DNA of 64,000 nucleotides from an uncultured Solirubrobacteraceae bacterium (GTDB lineage Bacteria > Actinomycetota > Thermoleophilia > Solirubrobacterales > Solirubrobacteraceae), in assembly GCA_964588985.1 (NCBI GenBank), contig CAZPQW010000010.1:32001-96000 (forward strand). Reading direction: 5' to 3'. This document shows, one piece after another, positions 1 through 10,895 of this stretch. Each line of letters begins with the position of its first letter. Position 1 is the first letter of the stretch. Both the position numbers and the translations under genes were made by a program. The notes beneath the pieces were generated by a model. It searched no databases and had not been told where the DNA came from. It was given only the letters and a program-made list of their open reading frames with translations.

Positions 1-423
1 TCGGTAGGGGAGCGTCTCACGAACGTTGATCTCGATCTTGATCGAGATCGGCGTGTTCTCGTCTCCCTCGGCGGTTGTGTGGAACCAGATGCAGGCCATG
101 TCTGAGTCGCGGCTCGGAAACCTGCGTCTCCGCTCCTTCAGTCCGACGTTCGCGGCAATGCGTCGCAGGGCGGTCATGCACGCTCCGATCCTGGGCTCGT
201 CGGAGGTGCGGGTGTAGTCGAGATCCTCCGAGTACCTCGCGGCGTGCGGCAGGTGCAGCTTGTGCAGACACGTCCCGCCGCGGAACGCGAGCTCCTCGGC
301 AAGCAGTGTGTCGTTGGCGATCTCGACGATGAGTCGCGAGAGGATCAGGTCCTGCTCGACCTGGCTGTCGGCGGGCCATGGAGCCTGATCCGCCCATTTG
401 GTGATGTATGGCTTGGGGATCAC
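1..423 (-). CDS. abiEii: AbiEii-family nucleotidyltransferase toxin (type IV TA), runs off window start
   Basis: Not in ORF track. GTG at 423 overlaps the antitoxin stop (GTGA). Manual translation MIPKPYITKWADQAPWPADSQVEQDLILSR...LAFRGGTCLHKL...RYSEDLDY contains the GGT and RxSEDLD motifs. Confidence 0.9.
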   Translation of the reverse strand, partial: MIPKPYITKWADQAPWPADSQVEQDLILSRLIVEIANDTLLAEELAFRGGTCLHKLHLPHAARYSEDLDYTRTSDEPRIGACMTALRRIAANVGLKERRRRFPSRDSDMACIWFHTTAEGDENTPISIKIEINVRETLPYR

Positions 424-1196
424 AGGTCGGGTTCGACCTCGAGATTGATCCGCAGGCCCCAGGTGAGGTCCAGCGGGCCGGGTGCCGGGCCGCTGGCGCT
501 CAGCGAGGTTGGTTTGCCCTGCTGCGGCTGGGCGACGGCGCGCAGTCGCTCGAGGTTGACGTCGGGCCGGTGGTGTTCGAGCATCCAGCCGAGCCTTCGC
601 GCGACCGCTTTTCCGCGAGGCGTGGCGATGCGCGCCAGGGCTCTGCCGTCGAGTTTGCCGAGCTCGATCAGGACGGTCGCGACGTTGTTCAGTCCGCCGC
701 TCTTGAGTGGGTTCTGGATGAGGTCCACGGCGGTCGTCTCGCGGGTGGCGAGCTGCAGGTACCCGGAAGGGCCGTTGCGGCGTTCGGTCTCGGCGTCGGG
801 GAGATAATGGCTGGTGTAGAACCGCAGACGGTTGCGCCCGAGGGTCCGGTCGGGGATGTCCTTGTCGGTGATCACCTGGAATACCTGGGGCGCTTGGTGT
901 GCGGCGCCGTGCATGGATGCGGCTGTGAGCAGCGCGATGTAGTAGCGGCGGCCCAGGTGCTTCATCATGTCGTCGATGAACCAGTCCGCGGGCGGGGCAC
1001 CCCACGAGCGGTATTGCGCTGGTACCACGGCGTAGAGCCCGCGGGCGGGGGAGATGATGGATCCGTTCTGGCGCAGCCGGTGTAGTCCGGCGTGCAGCGA
1101 GGCGCGGTCCAGGCCGGTGAGCTCGAGGAGTTCCTCGGTACTCGCCGCGTGGCGACCCTGGGCGATCAGCGCGTCGGGCAGCTCGTGGAGCTTCAT
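420..1196 (-). CDS. abiEi: AbiEi-family antitoxin / transcriptional regulator
   Basis: N-terminal wHTH with RGLY; YYIALLTAASMHGAAHQAP; ATRETTAVD; RRLGWMLE; coupled to AbiEii. Confidence 0.88.
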   Translation of the reverse strand: MKLHELPDALIAQGRHAASTEELLELTGLDRASLHAGLHRLRQNGSIISPARGLYAVVPAQYRSWGAPPADWFIDDMMKHLGRRYYIALLTAASMHGAAHQAPQVFQVITDKDIPDRTLGRNRLRFYTSHYLPDAETERRNGPSGYLQLATRETTAVDLIQNPLKSGGLNNVATVLIELGKLDGRALARIATPRGKAVARRLGWMLEHHRPDVNLERLRAVAQPQQGKPTSLSASGPAPGPLDLTWGLRINLEVEPDL

Positions 1197-1365
1197 GACC
1201 TCAGACTAGGGCAAAATGACGTTTTTCATAAGTTTGCCCCAGCGACAGCACTTATCCACGTTGCCCCTTCGGCGGCCTCCAACTCGATGCCCACGCGCGA
1301 ACAGGCCCGCCACGCCCCGACCGAGGTTGACCTTGCGCGCCGGCTCCGGATAGCCGCGACTTGCT

Positions 1366-1530
1366 ATGCCCTCTGACTTCACCCAACTGATCGCAGGCAT
1401 CGAACGGGAGGCCCACGACGAGGGCCCGCCAGCCGTGCGTGAGCTGGAGCAGCTCCGCGCGGAGTTCAAGGGCGTCGGCCAGCCAGCGGAGGGGAGATCG
1501 GCAGGCGACGTTGAGGAGCCTCGAAGCTGA
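1366..1530 (+). pseudogene. Short ORF (54 aa) resembling the N-terminus of XRE/HigA-type antitoxins, HTH missing
   Basis: MPSDFTQLIAGIEREAHDEGPPAVRELEQLRAEF.. then unrelated-looking tail and stop. Confidence 0.3.
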
Positions 1531-1769
1531 TCGTCGCACGTGCTCGCGAGAGAGGCGTCGTTCGTGATTGCTCGGCTACTTCGACGCGGTGGTCGGAGAG
1601 CGATTCGCTATCGACTAGCGAATCCGCCCACGCCCGCAAAATAACCCGCAAGCGCGGGCCGCTGCACCTGTCTCCCCGATATTTGCGCATCCCTCCAGAA
1701 AGCTAGACCCTCTGGAGGCACTGGTAGCCTGCTGCCGTTCGCAGTAGTTCGACCGAGCAAGGGATCCAA

Positions 1770-2369
1770 TTGCGCGTCTGTGTCGTCAGCATCGTAACGC
1801 TCGCCGTCGCGTCCGGGCTCGGTGTGCCCGGCGTAGCAAGCGCGACGATCCACAGCGGCCGCATCGTATTCCCAGAACCGCACAACCCTCCGAGCATCGG
1901 CGTACCGCCTCCTCCTGAGGTTCAGACGAAAGAGTCTACGCGCGAAGTCATCGTTCGATACAACGCGAGCGTAGGCACTGTCACCCTTCGTGCGGAAGTC
2001 TTCGATCCAGCTCTTTGGGGCGAACAGATTGGCGAAAGCTTCAGACTGGGCCCGAAATGCCTCAGCTACGATGAAAGTCTGTTCCATCCTCCCGAATTCA
2101 GCGCGAACATGAGCGCGAGACCGAAACGCACGGGGCTATTCGGTGAAGAAGTCGGTGGCGTCACGGGCGAAGCGACGCTTCGCGGCTACACGGGCCATGT
2201 CAGCAGCACCGGCATGTTCAACGGCCGCTACTTCGACATCACGTTCACGAGCAGCGCGTTTCGCAACCGGAACTGGCGCTGCGCCATGCTCACATCGTTC
2301 GGATCCTCTTTTCCGCGTGTTCCCCTCGATGGCTGGCGCAAGGCGAACCGGCCGCGCAAGCCTCGGTAG
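1770..2369 (+). CDS. Hypothetical secreted protein
   Basis: Signal-peptide-like N-terminus ending ASA; beta-rich body with two Cys. Confidence 0.6.
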   Translation: MRVCVVSIVTLAVASGLGVPGVASATIHSGRIVFPEPHNPPSIGVPPPPEVQTKESTREVIVRYNASVGTVTLRAEVFDPALWGEQIGESFRLGPKCLSYDESLFHPPEFSANMSARPKRTGLFGEEVGGVTGEATLRGYTGHVSSTGMFNGRYFDITFTSSAFRNRNWRCAMLTSFGSSFPRVPLDGWRKANRPRKPR

Positions 2370-2393
2370 AGCAGCCGGCGCGCGGCGACCGGA

Positions 2394-2465
2394 CGGGACC
2401 TGGGACGCCCCGTGGTATGCGGCGGCGGATAGCAGGGCGACGTAACGGTCTTGGTGCAGGTTCAT
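2394..2465 (-). pseudogene. Internal fragment of a second AbiEi antitoxin gene
   Basis: RYVALLSAAAYHGASQVP aligns with RYYIALLTAASMHGAAHQAP of 420..1196. Confidence 0.5.
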
Positions 2466-2597
2466 CGCCAGCGACCGCGCCCGCGTGTCTCACCCACAGC
2501 CACCGACTCCGGAGTCCTTATCGAGTCTGCTGTCCCGCTGTAGCGCGCCTCGTCGGAGTGGAAGAGCAAGGCAGGTCCCTCAGAAAGGCGTGGTTTC

Positions 2598-4220
2598 ATG
2601 GACGTCGCGTTTCCCGAACACCAGCAGGGTCCCTGGTCGGCTATCGGTGTGGCTCTTCAGTGGCTCGTCCATACAGTGCTCCACGTCGGGCTCGGCGTGG
2701 CGATTGGATTGTTCGCGGCGCGGTTCATGCGCCGCCATCACCTGCACTGGACGTGGGCGCCGGCGGTGCTCGCCTTGGTGGTGTATGCGCATGTCGGGGT
2801 CGGAGGTTCTACCTTCACGCTGATTCTCGCGTCCATCGTTGCCACGGTTCGCTCTCGACGTTGGCACCGCGAAGACATCGAGTCCGGCGCGGATCTCATG
2901 GAGATCGCGGCTCAACGGCACGGACCGATGGAGTTCCTGCGCACGATCGCAACGGGGGTCGATGAGCGGCGCGGCGCTCGGGCTGGTGCTGACGGGCCGG
3001 ACACTCAGCGGCTGGCGCTCGGTCGTGACGAGAGCGGCCGGACGGTGGCGATCCCGTTCGGCGAGCAGGCGGGCGCGCGTCACACACTCGTGGTGGGAGC
3101 CACCGGCTCGGGCAAGACGGTCACCCAGACGCTGATGGCGGTCGATGCGATCGAGCGCGGTATGGGCGTGGTCGTCGTCGACCCGAAGGGCGACGATGGA
3201 ATGCGCTCGGAGCTTCGGTGCGCAGCGCAGACTGCGGGGCGCAGGTTCCTGGAGTGGACGCCTGCGGGAGCGTGCGTGTTCAACCCGTATGCGTGCGGCG
3301 GTGAGACGGAGATCGCGGACAAGATGCTGGCGGGCGAGCGTTTCACCGAGCCTCACTACCTGCGTCAGGCCCAGCGTTACCTCGGTCATGTCGTGCGTGC
3401 GCTGCGCGCGGCGGAGGTCGAGGTGAGCCTCGCGGTGATCGTCGCGTACCTCGACCCCGATCGCCTGGAGGTTCTCGTCCGTAGCCTGCCCAAAGCTCAG
3501 GCGCAGGCGACTCGGGCGTATCTCGACTCGCTGAGCCCGCATCAGCGCCGCGATCTCGCGGGTGTCCGAGATCGGCTGGCGATCCTGACGGAGTCCGACG
3601 TCGGGCCGTGGCTGGATCCGCGGACCCCCGATGTCGAGCAATTCGACCTGCAGGCCGCGGTGCGCGAACGCGCGATCGTGTACTTCAACCTCGAAGCGGA
3701 CAGTCGGCCGTTGCTGGCGCAGATGCTCGGTGCTGCGATCGTTCAGGATCTGCAGAGCACCGTCGCTGCGCTGCAGGAGAATCCGATCGCGACGCTCGTG
3801 GTGATCGATGAGTTCTCGGCGCTGGCCGCTGAGCGCGTGGTTGGTCTGTTCGCGCGGGCTCGCTCGGCCGGGATGAGCCTGCTGCTTGCGACACAGGAGC
3901 TCTCAGATCTGCGCCTGCCTGGACGCGAGATGCTGCTCGAGCAGGTGATGGGGAATCTGTCGGTGGTGATCGCCCATCGTCAGGTGGTCCCCGAGTCGGC
4001 TGCGCTGATCTCCAGCATCTCTGGAAGACACGGGGTGTGGAAGGTCTCTCGCCGGAGCGACGGCGCCACCACGCGCACACGCATCCGGGAGGCTGTGCTC
4101 AACCCCGACAGGATCGCCGGTCTTGGGCAGGGGTGGGCGGCCGTCGTCCTGCTCGGCGGCGCCGCGAGTGTGCGAATCACGCGTGTCACCATGCCCGCTC
4201 AGCGACCCTTGAGCGCGTAA
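2598..4220 (+). CDS. VirD4/TraD-like type IV coupling ATPase
   Basis: N-terminal TM helices; HTLVVGATGSGKT (Walker A); VVDPKGD; VVIDEF (Walker B); ARSAGMSLLLATQ. Confidence 0.85.
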   Translation: MDVAFPEHQQGPWSAIGVALQWLVHTVLHVGLGVAIGLFAARFMRRHHLHWTWAPAVLALVVYAHVGVGGSTFTLILASIVATVRSRRWHREDIESGADLMEIAAQRHGPMEFLRTIATGVDERRGARAGADGPDTQRLALGRDESGRTVAIPFGEQAGARHTLVVGATGSGKTVTQTLMAVDAIERGMGVVVVDPKGDDGMRSELRCAAQTAGRRFLEWTPAGACVFNPYACGGETEIADKMLAGERFTEPHYLRQAQRYLGHVVRALRAAEVEVSLAVIVAYLDPDRLEVLVRSLPKAQAQATRAYLDSLSPHQRRDLAGVRDRLAILTESDVGPWLDPRTPDVEQFDLQAAVRERAIVYFNLEADSRPLLAQMLGAAIVQDLQSTVAALQENPIATLVVIDEFSALAAERVVGLFARARSAGMSLLLATQELSDLRLPGREMLLEQVMGNLSVVIAHRQVVPESAALISSISGRHGVWKVSRRSDGATTRTRIREAVLNPDRIAGLGQGWAAVVLLGGAASVRITRVTMPAQRPLSA

Positions 4221-4233
4221 GGGCTTTCGCGCA

Positions 4234-4959
4234 ATGGCTTACAGAAAGGAGTTCCTGCTCGCCCGTGCGGAGATGGTTGAGTGGGTGGCGCGTATCGGCG
4301 CTGTCACCGCGGACGCGTTCGCCGAGCGTGAACGTTGCAAATTGCAGGCAGCGCGCGGACGCTTGCAGGCAGCTGCGAAAGCTGGGCTGTTGTCGAGCTC
4401 GCGTCCTCTGCAGGGTCGTCCGGCGATCTATACCGCGACCGCCGCTGGGCTGCGCGCGGCAGATCTGGAGCGTTTGGAGCCTGGTCGTGTGAGCGCCGCG
4501 AACGCCGCGCACGCGATCGCCTGTGCGGAGGTCGCGGTGATGCTCGAACTCGCATACCCCGACTACCGCGTGACGGGCGAGCGCTGGCTGCGAGGCGAAG
4601 AAACCGATGGCACGCCGCTTGCGAGCGCGATCCTCGGCCGGCGAGCAGACGGATCGCCGCTGCTGCACAGGCCCGACCTGGTGCTCTGGCCGATGTCGCA
4701 GGAGAGCGTCGCGGAAGGGTATTTGCCTATCGCGGTCGAGGTCGAGCTGACCGTCAAGGCGCCGGGCAGGCTGCTGGAGATCTGTCGCGCGTGGGCACGC
4801 TGCGACTGCGTCGAGGCCGCGGTCTACTTCGCCGCACCCGAGGTACTCCGGCCGCTTCGACGGGCAATCACGAAGGCACACGCCGACGAGCGGATCGTGG
4901 TGCTCGAGCTGAAGACGGACTCCCGCAGTCCTGGGTCAAGCTCCAGAGGACTCCGATAA
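4234..4959 (+). CDS. Replication-relaxation family-like protein (wHTH + PD-(D/E)xK)
   Basis: N-terminal wHTH; HAIAC; HRPDLV...IAVEVELTVK nuclease-like motif; 13 nt downstream of the coupling ATPase. Confidence 0.7.
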   Translation: MAYRKEFLLARAEMVEWVARIGAVTADAFAERERCKLQAARGRLQAAAKAGLLSSSRPLQGRPAIYTATAAGLRAADLERLEPGRVSAANAAHAIACAEVAVMLELAYPDYRVTGERWLRGEETDGTPLASAILGRRADGSPLLHRPDLVLWPMSQESVAEGYLPIAVEVELTVKAPGRLLEICRAWARCDCVEAAVYFAAPEVLRPLRRAITKAHADERIVVLELKTDSRSPGSSSRGLR

Positions 4960-4970
4960 CGGACCGTGAA

Positions 4971-6158
4971 ATGGATCAACGTCTCAATCCCTACACGCCG
5001 GGATCGGGCGTAAAACCGCTCAAACTCGCCGGACGGGACCCGGATCTCGAGGCCTTCCGCGTGCTCCTCGAGCGCCTGGCCGACGGTCGGCCGGAGCGAA
5101 GCCTGATCTATTCTGGCCTTCGCGGCGTGGGGAAGACCGTGCTGCTGCTCGAGTTCGAGACCCTCGCACGCGAGAGCGGCTGGGTTTGCAACGACGTCGA
5201 GGAGGTGGGCTCCGGGGACTTCCGCCAGGCCTTCGCAGAGCTTGCGTATCAGCTGCTGCTGTCGATGAGCCGGCGCGAGCGGATGCAGAAGCACGCGAGC
5301 AAGGCGTTTGGCGTGCTGAAGGCGTTCTCGATCGGGATTCCGGGTGGCTTCAGTGCGAGGATCGACGTCGAGGCTGCCATCGGTACGGCTGACAGCGGTG
5401 ATCCCGAGCGCGATCTGGCTGCCCTGCTGGTCGAGGTCGGCCAGGTGGCCCAGAGTGGTGGCACGGGGGCGGTGTTCTTCCTCGACGAGATGCAGGGGCT
5501 CAGCGAGATGGCGCTCGCGGCGGTGTGCATGGCTATGAACCGAGTTGGTCAGCGGGGTTTGCCCGTGGCCCTGGTCGGAGCGGGCTTGCCGCCGCTGCCG
5601 CGGCTCCTTCGGACCGCCAGGCCCTACGCGGAGCGCATGTTCGCTTACCATGAACTCGATCGCCTGACGGACGCCGAGGCGCGAACCGCGCTCGTCGCGC
5701 CGGCGGGACAGCACGACGTTACGTATGAGCCGGAGGCCGTCGAGCTCATCGTCGAGGCGTCCGCGGCGTATCCGCACTTCATCCAGGAGTATGGGCGGGT
5801 GCTGTGGAACGAGGTCGAGCGCTCGCCGATCAGCGCCGGCGATGTCGACGGCGCGCGTGCGCTCATCGACGAGGCGCTCGATCGCCGCTTCTTCAAGGAC
5901 CGCTTCGAGATGGCCTCCGACGCGGAGCAGCGATACCTCGCAGCGATGGCCGATGGAGGGGGTGGGCCGATCAGGACGGCCGAAGTCGCGGCGCGGGCCG
6001 GCTACAACAACAGCGCCAGCGCTTCCGTCGTGCGCGACGCGTTGCTGCGCAAGGACCTCGTGTACAGCCCGCGGCGAGGACTGATCGACTTCACGGTCCC
6101 GCTGTTTGGCGGGTATCTACGGAGGCAGCATTCACTCTCCAGCTTCGACGAGGAGTAG
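4971..6158 (+). CDS. AAA-family ATP-binding protein with C-terminal wHTH
   Basis: NPYTPG..LAGRD; GLRGVGKT; FLDEMQ; YPHFIQ. Start set at ATG 4971 within the longer ORF. Confidence 0.85.
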   Translation: MDQRLNPYTPGSGVKPLKLAGRDPDLEAFRVLLERLADGRPERSLIYSGLRGVGKTVLLLEFETLARESGWVCNDVEEVGSGDFRQAFAELAYQLLLSMSRRERMQKHASKAFGVLKAFSIGIPGGFSARIDVEAAIGTADSGDPERDLAALLVEVGQVAQSGGTGAVFFLDEMQGLSEMALAAVCMAMNRVGQRGLPVALVGAGLPPLPRLLRTARPYAERMFAYHELDRLTDAEARTALVAPAGQHDVTYEPEAVELIVEASAAYPHFIQEYGRVLWNEVERSPISAGDVDGARALIDEALDRRFFKDRFEMASDAEQRYLAAMADGGGGPIRTAEVAARAGYNNSASASVVRDALLRKDLVYSPRRGLIDFTVPLFGGYLRRQHSLSSFDEE

Positions 6159-6399
6159 GCGCTCGGCGCTCTATAAGGGTCTATCTGCGAACGGAGATAG
6201 ATTCGCGAGAGTTGGCCACCGATCCGCTCGATGGCCTCCTTGCGGAGTCGCCGGAACCCGATGGTTCGCTCGCGGTCGCCGTCCCGCCTTTGAGATCGTA
6301 CGGCTCTCCAAGATCCCGACAGGGATATGAGGTGTTCTCCATCTTCTAAGGGTTTGACCTCGACCTCCGATAACTCGTTGAGAGATGAGTCCAGGAGAG

Positions 6400-6894
6400 A
6401 TGAGCAAACGGCCCCCATCGAGCCACCGTTTCGCCGCGCGATTTTCGGCGGCGTTGCTGGCGGCCGTCTCATTGGCCGGTTGCGGTGGCGGTGGATCGGC
6501 GCCCAAGCCACTCAGCATGGCTCAGTTCGTATCGCGCGCTAATGCCATCTGCTCGAAGGGCAACAAGCGCATCAACGCGCTGCATGAGCCGACAGACGTG
6601 CCCGGGATCGCGACCTACATGGCGGCGGCGCTCCCGATCGCGGAGGAAGTGCAGACGAAACTCGGTGCTCTCGTTCCACCAACCGGGGATCAGAAGCAAT
6701 ACACCCGCGTCCTCGGCCTCCTCGCACAAGCCATCTCCAAGGTATCCGAAGTTCGCAGCGCCGCCGAAGCAGGCGAAGAACAGCGCGTGCGGCGCCTCAG
6801 CAACGACCTTGCGGCTCTGCAGCAACGCGAAGACGGCGCCAATGAAGAACTCGGGTTGAAGCAGTGCGTGGGCAACGGGGAAACGGAAGGCTGA
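6400..6894 (+). CDS. Lipoprotein, helical, unknown function
   Basis: AGGAG upstream of ATG 6400; lipobox LAGC; RANAIC...LGLKQC Cys pair. Confidence 0.75.
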   Translation: MSKRPPSSHRFAARFSAALLAAVSLAGCGGGGSAPKPLSMAQFVSRANAICSKGNKRINALHEPTDVPGIATYMAAALPIAEEVQTKLGALVPPTGDQKQYTRVLGLLAQAISKVSEVRSAAEAGEEQRVRRLSNDLAALQQREDGANEELGLKQCVGNGETEG

Positions 6895-6896
6895 CG

Positions 6897-7499
6897 ATGG
6901 AGGGCGGCATTGACGACACGCGCGGCATGGCGGGAGGCTGGTCTTGCAACGCTTGCGGCGGACGCATCGAGACTGGCGCGCAGTTCTGCAGCGCCTGCGG
7001 ACAGAGCGTTCGGTCCACCGGCACCGACGCATCCTCAGCCTCGGCGAGCATCTCCAAGACGGCGGAAGCAGCGCAGCAACGACTCGTCGCAGCTCCCGAG
7101 CGTGTCGTATTTCACTGGATTCTCGGGAGCTCGCTGGCGCTTGGGCTCGGCTCGGTCGGCCCATGGGCAACCGCCACCGTGCTCGGCATCACCGTCTCGG
7201 CGAGCGGACTCCGCGGCGGCGGATGGGTGACGCTGGCAGTATCGGGCGCGACGATCCTCCTTCTGCTCAATCCGGTCTGGCTCGAGCGTGCCGCCTGGCT
7301 GCGTGAGCGCCGGCTGGGCGTGATGGTTGGGCTGGCAATCCTTGCGGTGCTCATCTGCCTGCTCAACCTCGTCGGCGCCGAGCATTCGGGGCTCGAAGGG
7401 ATCGTACATCCGGGCTGGGGCCTTTACCTATCGATGGTTGCGTCGATAGCCCTCACCGTGTGGGTGCGGGTCGCACGCGCGCAACGCCGAGGTGCATGA
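6897..7499 (+). CDS. Zinc-ribbon membrane protein
   Basis: CNACG..FCSACG followed by about 4 TM segments. Confidence 0.7.
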   Translation: MEGGIDDTRGMAGGWSCNACGGRIETGAQFCSACGQSVRSTGTDASSASASISKTAEAAQQRLVAAPERVVFHWILGSSLALGLGSVGPWATATVLGITVSASGLRGGGWVTLAVSGATILLLLNPVWLERAAWLRERRLGVMVGLAILAVLICLLNLVGAEHSGLEGIVHPGWGLYLSMVASIALTVWVRVARAQRRGA

Positions 7500-7568
7500 C
7501 CGCGGAACGCCGAATGGCTTGGCAAAGCCACCCTGAACCCTTCTCCCCGATCCGCAGACGGCATCGCG

Positions 7569-9059
<1,491 letters not shown>

Positions 9060-9117
9060 TCACAACTCCCCTTTTCCGTAGGTTCTGGCCTGCGGCGGGG
9101 GAGTATGAGGCACACCC

Positions 9118-9138
9118 GGGGGCTTGAATCAAGCCCCC
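9118..9138. promoter_or_regulatory. Perfect inverted repeat, RAE-like operator
   Basis: GGGGGCTTGA-A-TCAAGCCCCC about 60 nt upstream of the monooxygenase. Confidence 0.7.
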
Positions 9139-9206
9139 ATGTCGGGTATAAAGTGGGAAGTGGAGGAGGCGTGTGAGTGCCTCCTTGAGCACGGGGCGCT
9201 CTCACC

Positions 9207-10007
9207 TCACCGCAGCAACATCCCTCCGTCGGCAACCACCTGCGACCCGAGCAGGTAACTCGACAGGTCCGACGCGAGGAACAGCACCACGCGCCCCATC
9301 TCGTCCGGGTCGGCCATCCGATGCAGCGGGATTCGTTCCTGCATTTGCGTCAACAGGTCCTGATCATTAACCCCGCCGGTCCCAGGCGTGGCGACCGCGC
9401 CGGGAGCGAGCGCGTTGACGGTGATCCCGTGATCGGCCAGCTCGAGCGCGACGTTCTTCGTCAGACCCCACAGGCCGTGCTTGGTGGCGTCGTAGTGAGC
9501 GAGACCCACCGAGGAGGGGTGCAGGGCGTCGATCGAGGTGACGTTGACGATCTTGCCGCCGTGGCCCTGCGCGATCATCTGTCGCGCCGCCGCTTTCATC
9601 ATCAGGAACGCGCCCACTAGGTTCACGCGCAGGACCTTTTCGAACATCGCCTGGTCCATGTCGAGGAACGTGCAGAAGGGGTAGATGCCGGCGTTGTTGA
9701 CGAGGATGTCCAGGCCGCCGAAGTCCTCCACGGCGGCGGAGATCGCCGCGTCGACGTCCGCGGGCGTGCTCACGTCTGCGTGAACCGAGCGCGCGCTGTC
9801 GCTGCGGTCCGCGTTCAGCTCGGTGGCGAGCGCGCTCGCCTCGTCGCTGTCGAGGTCTGCGATCACGACCGAGGCGCCCGCCTCGTGCAGGCGCGTGGCG
9901 ATGCCGCGGCCAATGCCCATGGCGCCGCCGGTGACGATCGCGGTCCTGCCGGTGAGGTCGATCATCTCTGCGAGGGACTGCGTGGTGAATGCGGTTGGAG
10001 TGCTCAT
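9207..10007 (-). CDS. SDR family oxidoreductase
   Basis: TGGAMGIG; NNAG; YDATK (YxxxK). Start set at ATG 10007. Confidence 0.92.
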   Translation of the reverse strand: MSTPTAFTTQSLAEMIDLTGRTAIVTGGAMGIGRGIATRLHEAGASVVIADLDSDEASALATELNADRSDSARSVHADVSTPADVDAAISAAVEDFGGLDILVNNAGIYPFCTFLDMDQAMFEKVLRVNLVGAFLMMKAAARQMIAQGHGGKIVNVTSIDALHPSSVGLAHYDATKHGLWGLTKNVALELADHGITVNALAPGAVATPGTGGVNDQDLLTQMQERIPLHRMADPDEMGRVVLFLASDLSSYLLGSQVVADGGMLLR

Positions 10008-10136
10008 GGGCACACACTCGCGCGAGCGATGCGTCCAGACAACGTTGCAAACCCGAGAGAGGCCGGTAGGAACTACTGAGCGTCGATGTGGCGCGGCGAC
10101 GATAGGCGCGGCGCGCGCGGCTAATACGTTTGATTC

Positions 10137-10895
10137 ATGAGCGCGCCGCTGTCCAGTGATATTGGGCGCCAGGGCGCCGGGATCACATCGGTGCTGCTCG
10201 TCGAGGACGAGCAGTCGATCGCCGAGCCCTTCGCGCAGGCGCTCATTCGCAACGGCTTTCAGCCGACGATCGCGCGCACCGCGGCCGAGGCGGTGCGGCT
10301 AGGGCGCGAGCAGCGTCCCGACATCGTGCTGCTCGATCTCACGCTCCCCGATGGGGACGGGCGCGACGTGTGCCGCGAGCTGCGTCGGGGCTCGAACGTC
10401 CCGATCATCATGCTCACCGCGCGCGGAACCGTCACCGATCGTGTCGTCGGCCTGGAGCTCGGCGCCGACGACTACATCGTCAAGCCGTTCGCCACTGGAG
10501 AGGTGATCTCGCGGATCCGTGCGGTGCTGCGACGCGCGCGCGTCCCGGCAGAGCCAGTCGAGGGCACGACCGAATCGGGCGAGCGCATCGTCGGTGACCT
10601 GCGGCTCGACCTGTCCGCGCGCCGCGCCTGGCTCGGCGAGCGCGAGCTCGACCTCACGCGCAAGGAGCACGACCTGCTCGCGCGCCTGATGCGCGACGCG
10701 GGACGCGTGGTGACGCGCGAGACGCTGATGTCGGAGGTGTGGGACGAGAACTGGTTCGGCTCGACGAAGACACTCGACGTGCACATCGCGGGCCTGCGTC
10801 GCAAGCTCGACGACGACCCCGCGGCGCCCAGCTACATCCACACCGTGCGAGGCGTCGGCTTCCGTTTCGCCGCGCCCGAGGAGGCGGAGCCGTAA
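10137..10895 (+). CDS. OmpR-family response regulator
   Basis: LVEDE, LLDLTLPD, MLTA, KPF, HTVRGVGF. Confidence 0.95.
   Translation: MSAPLSSDIGRQGAGITSVLLVEDEQSIAEPFAQALIRNGFQPTIARTAAEAVRLGREQRPDIVLLDLTLPDGDGRDVCRELRRGSNVPIIMLTARGTVTDRVVGLELGADDYIVKPFATGEVISRIRAVLRRARVPAEPVEGTTESGERIVGDLRLDLSARRAWLGERELDLTRKEHDLLARLMRDAGRVVTRETLMSEVWDENWFGSTKTLDVHIAGLRRKLDDDPAAPSYIHTVRGVGFRFAAPEEAEP

Noticed and set aside
1252-1260. DnaA-box-like TTATCCACG
   Set aside because: Single mismatched copy, no cluster or AT-rich unwinding region.
6171-6360. Recurrent TAAGGGT(C/T)T words (6174, 6347, 48962)
   Set aside because: Too short and without consistent position to separate from chance.
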